From positions 1 through 64,000 of IMG/VR virus record IMGVR_UViG_3300037797_000117: DNA of 64,000 nt; one strand, written 5' to 3'. The notes below the pieces were generated by a model, which did no database searches, was not told the DNA's origin, and worked only from the letters and a program-made list of their open reading frames with translations. The stretch is from a virus. A program made the position numbers and the translations under genes. Shown here in pieces: positions 1-8,786 of this stretch; the stretch's first letter is position 1, and every line of letters begins with the position of its first letter.

Positions 1-39
1 GCGGCGCGCGCTTGCGGCGCCGCACCTCGGGGGCGGTGG

Positions 40-3000
40 CTACGCGTCGCCTAGAGCGTCCACGGTCGCCGCGTCACGCTTGCCGGCCGGAACCATGTTC
101 CGCATAGCCGCCCGCACCGTCGCCAGCGCGGCCGCCCGGTCACCTCGGACCGTCACGATCATGTCCCGCTTGGCGGTGCCCTTTTCCACGCTGGCACCCT
201 TCACACCCGCGCCTTTCAGCGCGGCACGCACGGCGTTACGGGCGTCCCCGTACGACATGCCAGTCAGAGCATAGGCAGGGAGCGTAAAGGTGTCACTGGA
301 CCGCGTAGCGGCCGTCTCAGGCGCCGCAACGGGCGCGGCGGGCACGGGTGCGGGGGTCGCCTGGTCGCCGGTCAGCAGCGCGTACGCGGCCGCGAACGTG
401 GCCGCCATCTCCGCACGCTGCGCGTCGGTCAACGCCGCTACGTCGGCCGGCATGACGGGAACGGCCACGGTTACCGGCGCGGGCGCGGGCGCGGGCACCT
501 GGTCGACGACGGGTGCGGGCGTGTCGACCGTCGGCACCTGGTCGACGACGGGCGCGGTGTCGACGACGGGCGCGGCCACCTGGTCACCGGCCAGCCACGC
601 CGCAAGCCGGTCCCGGCCGGAGGCGCTGTAGCCGCCCGTGAATTCGGCGTGCGACGTCTCGAAAATGAACCCCTTCGCACCCTTGTTCCAAACCCCGCCG
701 AACGTGGACACCTGGTCACGGATGGCCACGTACTCATCACGCGACAGACGCCCCTTAGGCAGGGTCAGAACATCCGCCGGGAACCGCTTGCCTTTCACGG
801 TCACGGTGTCAATCGACCAGGACCCCGCCGACAGGACCTCACGTACCCGCGCCGCGATATCGGCGGGCGCGTCGGTAGCAACGGGAGCGGCCGCCGTGAC
901 GGCCGGCTCATCCTCGGCAGCAACGGGCGCGGGCGCGTTGGCCGATTCGTGCGACGCGATCATCGCGCGCACCTGGTCGAACGTGAACCGTCCGGCGACC
1001 AGGTACCCGGCGGGCGCCGCATCCTCGGCACCGGCCAGCGAAACGCGGGCGGCCGCGTAGTCACCGGCCGACATGAGTGTCCGGGCGTCCTCGGCCAGCC
1101 GTTCAACGGCATCGATCGGGGCGGGCGCCTCAACGGTGGCGGGCGCGGTAGCGGCGGGCGCGGGCATGGCAGTCTCCTTGCTCGGTTCGTCCGACACGGC
1201 GGGCGCCGCAACGGGGGCGGGTACGGGTAGGTAGATGACGCGTCCGGTGGACAGTTTGGCGCGTACGCTGCCAGCCATCCGACCCCGCGTGATCGGTTCG
1301 ATCCGGGTGATCCGGGCGGTGAGGGTGAGCCGTTCCCCGTTGCCGTTGCGACCCTCGATCGCGGCAGCGTCACCGGACGCCATAGCTGTACGGGCATCCT
1401 CGCCGTTGCGCACGGTCACGGCGGGCGTGTCCGTCTCGCCGGTAGCGGGGTGATCGTGGGTGCACATGTCCGGCGCGCAGTATGCGGCCGCGCTGTCCGG
1501 CGCGGGGTTGTCGGCGGGCGCGGCGGGCGCGGCAACGGGGGTCTTGACGGGTGCCGTGTCGTCAAGCCGAACGGGCATGAGCACGTGCTGTGTGGTGAGT
1601 CCGTCCTGTGTGATCAGAACGGGCATGCGTGGCGTGTTGACGCCGATCCGAACATCACCCGTGAAAGTCCGCAGGCCGGCGGTCAGATAGGCGTGGTTGA
1701 ACCCGATTCGGGTGTCGGCGGGCACGTCATGCGCGCACGGCACGTGACTGGCGGCGCGGTCGCCGTCGCTGATCGCGACAACGTTGACCCCGGACGGGTC
1801 GAATTCCAGCCGCACCGGCGTGGACCGTTCCAACGCCGGGGATACGCGCTTGACGGTGTCGGCAAGGGCGGCCGCGTCCACGGTCACCGTGTACGGCCGG
1901 TCACCTCCGATAAGGGCGTCGAGTTTGGGGAACGTACCGTCAAGGGTGCGCGTGGCCAGCGTCACCCCGCCTACGGTGACCGACACACGCGGACCGTCGA
2001 CGCCACGCGTGTCGTCCGCCCCGATATGAACGTCACCGGCCAGCTTGCCGGCCAGCTTCGCGGCGTACACCAGGAACGGCGCGGGAACGAGCGCGTCCAC
2101 AGTGCCGGAGGTGCCGGTAGCGGCCACCTGGTCACGGGCAAGCCGGTACCGGTCGGTGGTTTCCATGCGCAGCATGCCGGGGTTGTCGGCGGACACCGTG
2201 ACGTGAACCCCGGTGAGAACGGGCAGGGTGGCATCCTTGCCTGCCGCAACGGCGGCGCGGGCAACCGTGGCCGCGAACATGCCGGCTGGCAGGGTGGCAA
2301 CGGTCGGCGGGGTTGCTGGCAGTGTCGGGTAGTCGTCCGGGGTCGGATACGTTGCCAGGTCTGCACCCATGTCGCCGTATGCGATTCGCAGCGTTCCCCC
2401 GGCGCACGACAACGAGACGGTGTCCGGGGTGGCAACGGCACCCTTGCGGGGCTTAGCGGGCGCCGGGAACTGCCGCACCATGTCACGCATGGCAGCCGCC
2501 CTCACCAACACAACGGCGTTGCCGGATGCGCTACCGGGCACCTCGAATCGGGCGGACGCCTCATAGTCGAACGCTTCCAGCGTGACCCCGGACCCCCCGG
2601 TCGTGATCTTGACGTGTGCCAGCAACGGGAGGTTGCTACGGGTACCGATCACCCAATGCGCGGTGTCAAGCGCACGGACGAGCGCGGCACGGTCCACAAC
2701 GGCGGCCAGCGGTGACGCGTCGGCGGGGGTCGATTCGGTGGTCTGGTCGGCGGTGGCGGTGGGCGTGGTCATGGTGTGATCTCCGTTCGGTTCGGTGGTC
2801 TGGTCGGCGGATAGTTCGATGTGTGACGGGCACCCGTTGCGGTGGCCTAGAGCGCCCGCAAGGGCAACGTTGGCGGCCGGGCAACCGCAGTCCAGAACGT
2901 CACCCGGCAGCCGGCCGGCGAGGGTGACCCCGAAAACGGTGTGCCGCTCATCCACGATCACGTTGGTAACCGTGCCGTAGGTGTCGGGCCCGTTGTCGAC

Positions 3001-4092
3001 GAAAAGGGTGATCTTGAGGCGGTGCGGGCCGTTGACGCGTACCTCGGTAACCTCGCCCGTGTCGGACTCGATCACGGGTGTGTAGTCGATGCGCGCGGCA
3101 TAGTCGCCCGTGGATTCGTCGGTCGTGATGTGCTGATCGGTCCGGACAACCCGGGTGATCGTGACCAGGTGTCCACGAAGGTCTGAGAAACCCTCGCCAG
3201 CGGCCACGGTCGACCAGCGGCACATGCGTCCGTCGGTGGTCATCGGCGGGTCATCGGCGTCCGTGTCGGCCGACACGTCGGCAACGGGCGCGGCCGGCAA
3301 CGGGATCTCAGTGCACCTGGCAACGTTGTAGGCGACCAGGTTGACCAGAGACGCACCGTACGACATGCCGCCGCCTACGGTGCCGCACGCGACCGACCCG
3401 TCGATGATCAGCGCGTAGTGCGTCCGGACGGGGGTCAGCGGTCCACGCGACTCATAGGCGACCAGGCACACCGCGTGCCCGTTGACGTCGAACGTGGACA
3501 CCTGCACCTCACGGATGCGGGCAGGGGCCCGGTCCCACCCGTTATCGCCGTCCCCGGTCATCTCAGCGGACAGTCCACGCGCCCGAAACGCGTCCCGTAG
3601 CTGCCGGGTAAATCCGTCCGACCCGCACTCACGCGGGTCCGGCGCGTCGGACGGGACACGCAACTGCAGCGCAGCAACGTCTACGGGCGGAATCCCGTTG
3701 CACTTGACCAGGTCACAGCCCATTTCGCCGGTGACGTGCGCGCACCTGGTGTCGGAGGTGCGGGTGTCGTCTTCCACCCGTGCGGCGTGGATTTCCGCGC
3801 TCGTTGCAGGTGCCGGAGTGATCACGGCCAGGTGATCGAGGGTGGGAACGGTCACGGAACGGTCCACGGGCGTGCCGTTGCGCATCCGGTCGGCCCCGTC
3901 TTTGTTGACCACGATTCCACCCACGATCGGCCGGTCAAGCAGGTTGGTGCGCTTGCCTGCCCACGTGATGATCTCGGTCACGCGCATCCGGAAAGCCCCC
4001 TTGTATTCGGGGACTGATCCGGCCGGAACGTCGACCAGGTCACCGACGCGGACGGCGGGACGGGTGGCGGTGGAAGCGGCGGTGGTGATCAT
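40..4092 (-). CDS. dnaN: Large multi-domain protein containing a full DNA polymerase III beta-clamp (DnaN-like) domain at ~1564-2700
   Basis: Motifs FDYEASAR, AAGKDATLPVLTGV, TTDRYRLA, TRTLDGTFP, IGFNHAYL and HVLMPVRL match actinobacterial DnaN in order. ATG 4092 has a GGAG RBS. Confidence 0.85.
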   Translation of the reverse strand: MITTAASTATRPAVRVGDLVDVPAGSVPEYKGAFRMRVTEIITWAGKRTNLLDRPIVGGIVVNKDGADRMRNGTPVDRSVTVPTLDHLAVITPAPATSAEIHAARVEDDTRTSDTRCAHVTGEMGCDLVKCNGIPPVDVAALQLRVPSDAPDPRECGSDGFTRQLRDAFRARGLSAEMTGDGDNGWDRAPARIREVQVSTFDVNGHAVCLVAYESRGPLTPVRTHYALIIDGSVACGTVGGGMSYGASLVNLVAYNVARCTEIPLPAAPVADVSADTDADDPPMTTDGRMCRWSTVAAGEGFSDLRGHLVTITRVVRTDQHITTDESTGDYAARIDYTPVIESDTGEVTEVRVNGPHRLKITLFVDNGPDTYGTVTNVIVDERHTVFGVTLAGRLPGDVLDCGCPAANVALAGALGHRNGCPSHIELSADQTTEPNGDHTMTTPTATADQTTESTPADASPLAAVVDRAALVRALDTAHWVIGTRSNLPLLAHVKITTGGSGVTLEAFDYEASARFEVPGSASGNAVVLVRAAAMRDMVRQFPAPAKPRKGAVATPDTVSLSCAGGTLRIAYGDMGADLATYPTPDDYPTLPATPPTVATLPAGMFAATVARAAVAAGKDATLPVLTGVHVTVSADNPGMLRMETTDRYRLARDQVAATGTSGTVDALVPAPFLVYAAKLAGKLAGDVHIGADDTRGVDGPRVSVTVGGVTLATRTLDGTFPKLDALIGGDRPYTVTVDAAALADTVKRVSPALERSTPVRLEFDPSGVNVVAISDGDRAASHVPCAHDVPADTRIGFNHAYLTAGLRTFTGDVRIGVNTPRMPVLITQDGLTTQHVLMPVRLDDTAPVKTPVAAPAAPADNPAPDSAAAYCAPDMCTHDHPATGETDTPAVTVRNGEDARTAMASGDAAAIEGRNGNGERLTLTARITRIEPITRGRMAGSVRAKLSTGRVIYLPVPAPVAAPAVSDEPSKETAMPAPAATAPATVEAPAPIDAVERLAEDARTLMSAGDYAAARVSLAGAEDAAPAGYLVAGRFTFDQVRAMIASHESANAPAPVAAEDEPAVTAAAPVATDAPADIAARVREVLSAGSWSIDTVTVKGKRFPADVLTLPKGRLSRDEYVAIRDQVSTFGGVWNKGAKGFIFETSHAEFTGGYSASGRDRLAAWLAGDQVAAPVVDTAPVVDQVPTVDTPAPVVDQVPAPAPAPVTVAVPVMPADVAALTDAQRAEMAATFAAAYALLTGDQATPAPVPAAPVAAPETAATRSSDTFTLPAYALTGMSYGDARNAVRAALKGAGVKGASVEKGTAKRDMIVTVRGDRAAALATVRAAMRNMVPAGKRDAATVDALGDA

Positions 4093-4415
4093 GGCAGGCT
4101 CCGATCGGGTAGGCGGTGCACACGTGCAAGGGGGGGGCGGGCAGTTACTCGCTGACATCGCAGCGTTCGGCGATGGTGACGAATCGGCGTGTCACCTGGT
4201 TACGGTCGTCGATGGCGCGTACCCGTTCGGCGCGGTTGTCGGCGAGGGTGAGGGCGTCCCGCGCGCCGTCGGACAGCGCGCCCAGGACGGCGGCGTAGGC
4301 GTCCGGGTGCAGGCGACGCAACTTACGCAACATGATCAGCACGGCTTCGTCGGTGGCCTCGGCATCGGTGTACGGGGTGGCGGTCATGGCGGGCTCCGAT
4401 CGGGTGGGCCGTGCA
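4090..4415 (-). repeat. ~31-bp direct repeat spanning the RBS and ATG of two adjacent genes (4090-4120 and 4385-4415)
   Basis: catggcaggctccgatcgggtaggcggtgca vs catggcgggctccgatcgggtgggccgtgca. Confidence 0.85.
4145..4387 (-). CDS. Hypothetical protein
   Basis: 80-aa ORF with GGAG RBS 6 nt upstream, in operon context. Confidence 0.7.
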   Translation of the reverse strand: MTATPYTDAEATDEAVLIMLRKLRRLHPDAYAAVLGALSDGARDALTLADNRAERVRAIDDRNQVTRRFVTIAERCDVSE

Positions 4416-4430
4416 GGGAAAGCGGGGGGG

Positions 4431-4766
4431 TCAGACCGTGGCGACCACGGCGCGCTCGATCACGAGCGACTCGCCGTCGACCATGGACGCGTACCCGGGG
4501 CGGGCGACCACGACGGGGGTACCGGGCGCGGGACGCTCCCCGGGCGCGTCGTGCTGGGTGGGGTCGAACCTGGTGAGCAGGCCTGCCTGCCCGACCGGGG
4601 TGAGCCCGGCCATGCGTACCCGGGTGCGGAGCCTGCCGATGACCAGGTCAAGGTCGGCGCCGCTGTCTGCCATCTCCTCAAGCTCCCCTGCCAGCAACGC
4701 CACTGCCCGCTGTACGTCGATTGCGTGTTGCCTGTCCTGTGCCTGGGTGACTGTCGTTGCCTGCAT
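4431..4766 (-). CDS. GrpE C-terminal-domain-like small protein
   Basis: FDPTQHDA...GTPVVVARPGY...VIERAVV resembles the GrpE pattern FDPxxHEA...V.V.Q.GY...LRPAxV. GGAG RBS before ATG 4766. Confidence 0.6.
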   Translation of the reverse strand: MQATTVTQAQDRQHAIDVQRAVALLAGELEEMADSGADLDLVIGRLRTRVRMAGLTPVGQAGLLTRFDPTQHDAPGERPAPGTPVVVARPGYASMVDGESLVIERAVVATV

Positions 4767-5136
4767 CGGATGCTCCATGGTGTGGTGGTGAGTGACACGG
4801 GGTGGTGCCGCCCCAACGTCCCCCTGGGGCCCGACCCTGTCAAGGGACAAGTGGCGAATCTCACCCGTTCGGGGGATGCCACTCTGACCGAACGTACCTA
4901 CCTAAGTCTCCGTGCGCAGGCGCGCGCCCAGAGTAGGGGGCCAAGATCCACCCCCTGCCTACGTGCGCGCAGGCCAGCGCACGCCCGGGTGGGGTAGCCC
5001 ACCGCACCAGGTCACCCCGCCTGCCCACGCACACGCGCGAAGAGGAACCACCCACACACGCGCGCACGGTGCCTCCCCGCGCACACACCCCACGCACCCG
5101 CACCCCACGCGCGCACACCCCGCTCGCGCTGCAGGC

Positions 5137-5172
5137 GCGTACCCCCGGGGGCCTACCCCCCCGGGGGTACGC
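5137..5172. repeat. Perfect 15-bp inverted repeat in the strand-switch region, possibly near the genome terminus
   Basis: gcgtacccccggggg-cctacc-cccccgggggtacgc. Confidence 0.8.
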
Positions 5173-5497
5173 AAGGCGCTCACCGCCACGTTCTGGTCTT
5201 CACCACCCGTACGGGATCGAGGACTCCAGATGATCGGAATCTTCGGGCGGGTTGGGCGTTTCGCCTTGACGTCAGCCCTGGGCCAGGCATCATGTGCACA
5301 TTGGCGGACGCGCTCCTTGAGCGACAAGTCCGCCTTCTTTATCGCCTGTCCCACGGCGGCAGACAGGCGACGTGAGATCGGCCAGCCCCGGACGGGGACG
5401 TGGAGGCCCGCGCCTACGCGCAGGGAGCCTGTGAAACGAGCGATCCGTCCGGGGCTGAGCCGTGCCCGCTTCCCCACATCCTTCGCGGGAGGTGCGG

Positions 5498-5716
5498 GTG
5501 GCCAGCGACCGGAACAAGTTGAAGGACTACTGGATCCGCGGCGAGGGCGCATCCAAATGGATCGGCCATCCGCACCCGTGGACCGCGCTGTACCGGGAGC
5601 TGGTCAAGCACGTCGGGAAAGAGCGTGCGCAGCGGATGGCGTCGCAGTGGTTCAAGGAGGTCTACGGGATCTGGCCGGGCGAGCGTAAGGGGAAAAACCC
5701 GCGCGGTCCGGGTTGA
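5498..5716 (+). CDS. Small phage protein (YW..GEGA.K...GxWPG type)
   Basis: GGAGG RBS with GTG start. The motif is familiar from actinophage head-associated proteins. Confidence 0.65.
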   Translation: MASDRNKLKDYWIRGEGASKWIGHPHPWTALYRELVKHVGKERAQRMASQWFKEVYGIWPGERKGKNPRGPG

Positions 5717-5757
5717 ACCCCGCGACTTCCTCCCCCGCATTTCCTTGGAGGCCTATC

Positions 5758-5904
5758 GTGCAGATCGTCTTCGCTGTTGCCGCCATCATCTTCATGATTC
5801 TGGCCGGGCTGAACGTTCGGCACCCGCGGTTCGCGCCGGAATGGTTCGCGTTCGCGTGCGCGTTCGTGGCGTTGTTCTGGCCGCTGTTCGACGCGATCGA
5901 CTAG
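5758..5904 (+). CDS. Small 2-TM membrane protein
   Basis: GGAGG RBS and two hydrophobic segments. Confidence 0.6.
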   Translation: MQIVFAVAAIIFMILAGLNVRHPRFAPEWFAFACAFVALFWPLFDAID

Positions 5905-6158
5905 TGAAGGTGCGGCCGGTGGTGTTGTTCCACCGTGCGAGCGCGGTGGTGTGGGCGTTGCTGGCGGTGCCGGCCCTGTTGTGGTGGCCCGATTCGGTTG
6001 CGTTCGTCATCGTCGCCAGCGTGTATGCCAACGTGAAGTCGGATTGGGGTGCGGCCGAAGCGGCGGACGACAGCACGGTGTTGGCCGAGTTGCACCGGCT
6101 GAACCGGATGATCGCGTCCCGCCAGTGTCCGACCTGCCAGGTGCGTGACAACCCGTGA
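5904..6158 (+). CDS. Membrane protein
   Basis: Coupled to the upstream stop, hydrophobic N-half. Confidence 0.6.
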   Translation: MKVRPVVLFHRASAVVWALLAVPALLWWPDSVAFVIVASVYANVKSDWGAAEAADDSTVLAELHRLNRMIASRQCPTCQVRDNP

Positions 6159-6173
6159 GAAGGGGTTGCCGCC

Positions 6174-6689
6174 ATGACGTCTTCCCCCGCGCCGGTGCCG
6201 CCGCACCAGGACCCACACCACAACCCGCACCCGGGAGTGGTGACGATGTTGGAGTTCGTGACGACCCTGAGTGCGCAGCGGGACCGGCGGTTCGACGCGC
6301 TGCACCAGGAGTTGAAGGACAGCGTCGATCAGCGGCTCCGGGATGCCGACCTTCGGTATCAGCAGCGGTTCGATGCGCAAACCTCCGCCCTGGATGCGGC
6401 GCTGGCTGCGCAGAAAGAGGCCGTTCATGTCGCGAACACCGCGGCGGAAAAACGGTTCGAGTCGGTCAACGAGTTCAGGCAGCAGCTCGCCGACCAGGCC
6501 GCCACGTTCATGCCGCGGGCGGAAGCGGAACAGCGCAACGCCGCCCTCGCCGAAAAGATCGACCTTCTGCGGTCGGCAGCGAACCAGTGGCAGGGCCGCT
6601 CGGCTGGGCTCAACGCGGGATGGGTGTACCTCCTTGGCGTGATCGCTGCGATCGGCACCGTCGTCAGCCTCATCGTCGCCTTCCGGTAG
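6174..6689 (+). CDS. Coiled-coil protein with C-terminal TM helix
   Basis: Heptad-rich body followed by WVYLLGVIAAIGTVVSLIVAF. Confidence 0.7.
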   Translation: MTSSPAPVPPHQDPHHNPHPGVVTMLEFVTTLSAQRDRRFDALHQELKDSVDQRLRDADLRYQQRFDAQTSALDAALAAQKEAVHVANTAAEKRFESVNEFRQQLADQAATFMPRAEAEQRNAALAEKIDLLRSAANQWQGRSAGLNAGWVYLLGVIAAIGTVVSLIVAFR

Positions 6690-6717
6690 TTCCCGGCCCG
6701 AAAGGGGGTGGCGCGCG

Positions 6718-7014
6718 GTGGTGGATGAGCGGCCGGCGTGGGCCACCAGTAACAGGCGGTCCCGGCTCCCGACGGGCTGGCCGAGGATCCGGCAGCGGGT
6801 CTTGAAACGGGACGGCCGGGTCTGCCGCCTGGCCTACCCCGGATGCACCCGGTCAGCTACCGAGGTAGACCACGTGGTTGCCGGCGATGACCATTCGGAG
6901 GGCAACCTCCAGGCGGCATGTTCGGCCTGCCACCGGACGAAGTCTTCCCGTGAGGGTGCCGCGGCCAGGCCGCGGCTGTACCGGCCCGCCGAAACCCATC
7001 CAGCGTTGAAGTAG
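6718..7014 (+). CDS. HNH endonuclease (packaging-associated type)
   Basis: W.RIRQRVLKRDG.VC...CT...EVDH...NLQAACSACHRTKS. Confidence 0.9.
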   Translation: MVDERPAWATSNRRSRLPTGWPRIRQRVLKRDGRVCRLAYPGCTRSATEVDHVVAGDDHSEGNLQAACSACHRTKSSREGAAARPRLYRPAETHPALK

Positions 7015-7026
7015 AAGGTGGTGCCG

Positions 7027-7365
7027 ATGGCCAGCTACACCGTTCCGATCGGTCACATCGGGGCCCACAACAAGACCCTCGTCGCGGCGACCGTTGATAC
7101 TGTGACGTTCGCGCTCGGGTCGACCGACACCCCCGGGTGGGCTGCGGTGCCGAAGGCGGTCGAGGTGTTGTCCGACGGGTCGGCCCCGATCTACGTGACG
7201 GTGGACGGTTCAGCTCCGACCGATGGTGGGACGCACTGCTACCAGGTACCCGCGTACGCCGGCGCCACCGTGATCGACGTGCGGGACGCCAACCCGAACG
7301 ATGCGGTCGTGGTCAAGCTGATCTCGACCGGAACCCCCGTCTATTCGGTTTCCCGGGCCGGCTGA
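7027..7365 (+). CDS. Small beta-rich putative virion protein, paralog of 23001-23285
   Basis: Shares TLV..TV.T.TF, YV..DG.AP, VPA.AGAT.I and VVK.IS.GTPV with 23001-23285. Confidence 0.7.
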   Translation: MASYTVPIGHIGAHNKTLVAATVDTVTFALGSTDTPGWAAVPKAVEVLSDGSAPIYVTVDGSAPTDGGTHCYQVPAYAGATVIDVRDANPNDAVVVKLISTGTPVYSVSRAG

Positions 7366-7376
7366 CGGGAGGTCTC

Positions 7377-8612
7377 GTGACTGTAGAAAGGCGCTTCTTC
7401 CTCGGTGGAGAAGGCGGCGATGCCGCGCTGAACGTCAAACGGTTCGGCGCTACAGGCGACGGCGTCGCCGACGACACCGCAGCCATCCAGGCCGCCATCG
7501 CTGCAAACCCGGACGACCGCGGCGTGGTCTACCTGCCTGCCGGCACCTACGGGATTTCGGGGCCGTTGACCATCCAGTCCGGCGTCACCCTCATCGGCGA
7601 CGGCGACGAAACCACGACGATCGTGCAGGCCGCCACATCCGGCGCAACCATCACCGGTACCGACATTATCCGGCTCAATATCCGCGACCTGAGCCTTGTC
7701 GGCCCCAACTCCGGCACCGGCGTCGGACTGGCGCTGGATCTCGACGCCCAGCCGGCCACTGCCTACATCAACCTGTCCCGGGTGACGGTCCGCGACTTCG
7801 GCTCCCACGGCGTCGACGTCGAAAACCCGATCGTGTCCACGTTCAACCGGGTCGCGGCCCAAGGCAACGGCGGCGACGGCATCTACCTCCACGGCCAGGT
7901 CGCCGGGGCGGCGGGCACCTCGGTCGTCATGAACGCCTGCTACGGCAACGGCAACACCGGCGTCGGCATCCACCTGTACAACATGGTGTACTCGTCGCTG
8001 GTCGGCTGCGCCGCAGACGGCAACAGCGTCGGCCACCACATCGAAGGCTGCCACGCGGTGACGCTGGTCGGCTGCGGCGCCGAAAGCAACCCGACCGGGC
8101 TGCGGATCAGCGGCGGCTACGGTGTCGGCGTCGACGGCCTGTTCGTCTACGACAACGGCGGCACCGCCGTGCACGTCACCGGCAACGCGCAGCGGGTCAC
8201 CGTGGCGCGGGCGGTCGAGATGGACCCCGACGGTGCGGCGACGGCGTTCATCGACGTCGACGCGGGCTGCCGGGTGGCGTTGACTGCCTGTTCCGGGGTG
8301 ACGGCGAATAGCCTGGCTGACGGAACGGTGTTGGTGCTCGACGACGGGGCCGGCAACATTTCAGCCGGAACCAGCCTCACCCTCGGCGGCGACGGCGTGT
8401 TGGAACGGCCCTCGGCGTTCACGCTGCGGGCGCAGAACAACCTGCATGTGGGATCGACGTTGCAGCATCTTGGTACCCATATCGGTTTCTACAGTGGCGG
8501 CCCGGCGACGAAGCCGAACGTGACCGGATCCCGCGGCGGCAACGCTGCGCTCGCATCGCTGCTGACCGGGCTGGCCGCCATGGGGTTGATCTCCGACTCG
8601 TCGTCTGCATGA
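7377..8612 (+). CDS. Right-handed beta-helix / pectate lyase-3-like spike or depolymerase
   Basis: NVKRFGATGDGVADDTAAIQAAI...VYLPAGTY and repeated GNG..GI rungs. GGAGG RBS before GTG 7377. Confidence 0.85.
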   Translation: MTVERRFFLGGEGGDAALNVKRFGATGDGVADDTAAIQAAIAANPDDRGVVYLPAGTYGISGPLTIQSGVTLIGDGDETTTIVQAATSGATITGTDIIRLNIRDLSLVGPNSGTGVGLALDLDAQPATAYINLSRVTVRDFGSHGVDVENPIVSTFNRVAAQGNGGDGIYLHGQVAGAAGTSVVMNACYGNGNTGVGIHLYNMVYSSLVGCAADGNSVGHHIEGCHAVTLVGCGAESNPTGLRISGGYGVGVDGLFVYDNGGTAVHVTGNAQRVTVARAVEMDPDGAATAFIDVDAGCRVALTACSGVTANSLADGTVLVLDDGAGNISAGTSLTLGGDGVLERPSAFTLRAQNNLHVGSTLQHLGTHIGFYSGGPATKPNVTGSRGGNAALASLLTGLAAMGLISDSSSA

Positions 8613-8786
8613 GCCGTGGGCTTTCCCCACGATGCGGGAGCCGGCCTGCTGGTGGTGTCAGGTGTGACACCCGACGGGCTGCGTCTGGACATGACCGGCG
8701 CATCGGGCTCTACCGCCAACATTCGCAAGGTCGGCCACGTCGACCTGGGCAACCTGGACCTTTAGCTGCTTTTCGACGGATCGGAG

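Noticed and set aside
4815-4843. Minus-strand TTGACA-17-GACGTT promoter for the clamp operon as a member of the motif family
   Set aside because: The -35 is good, but the -10 lacks the first T and the spacer only loosely resembles the palindrome.
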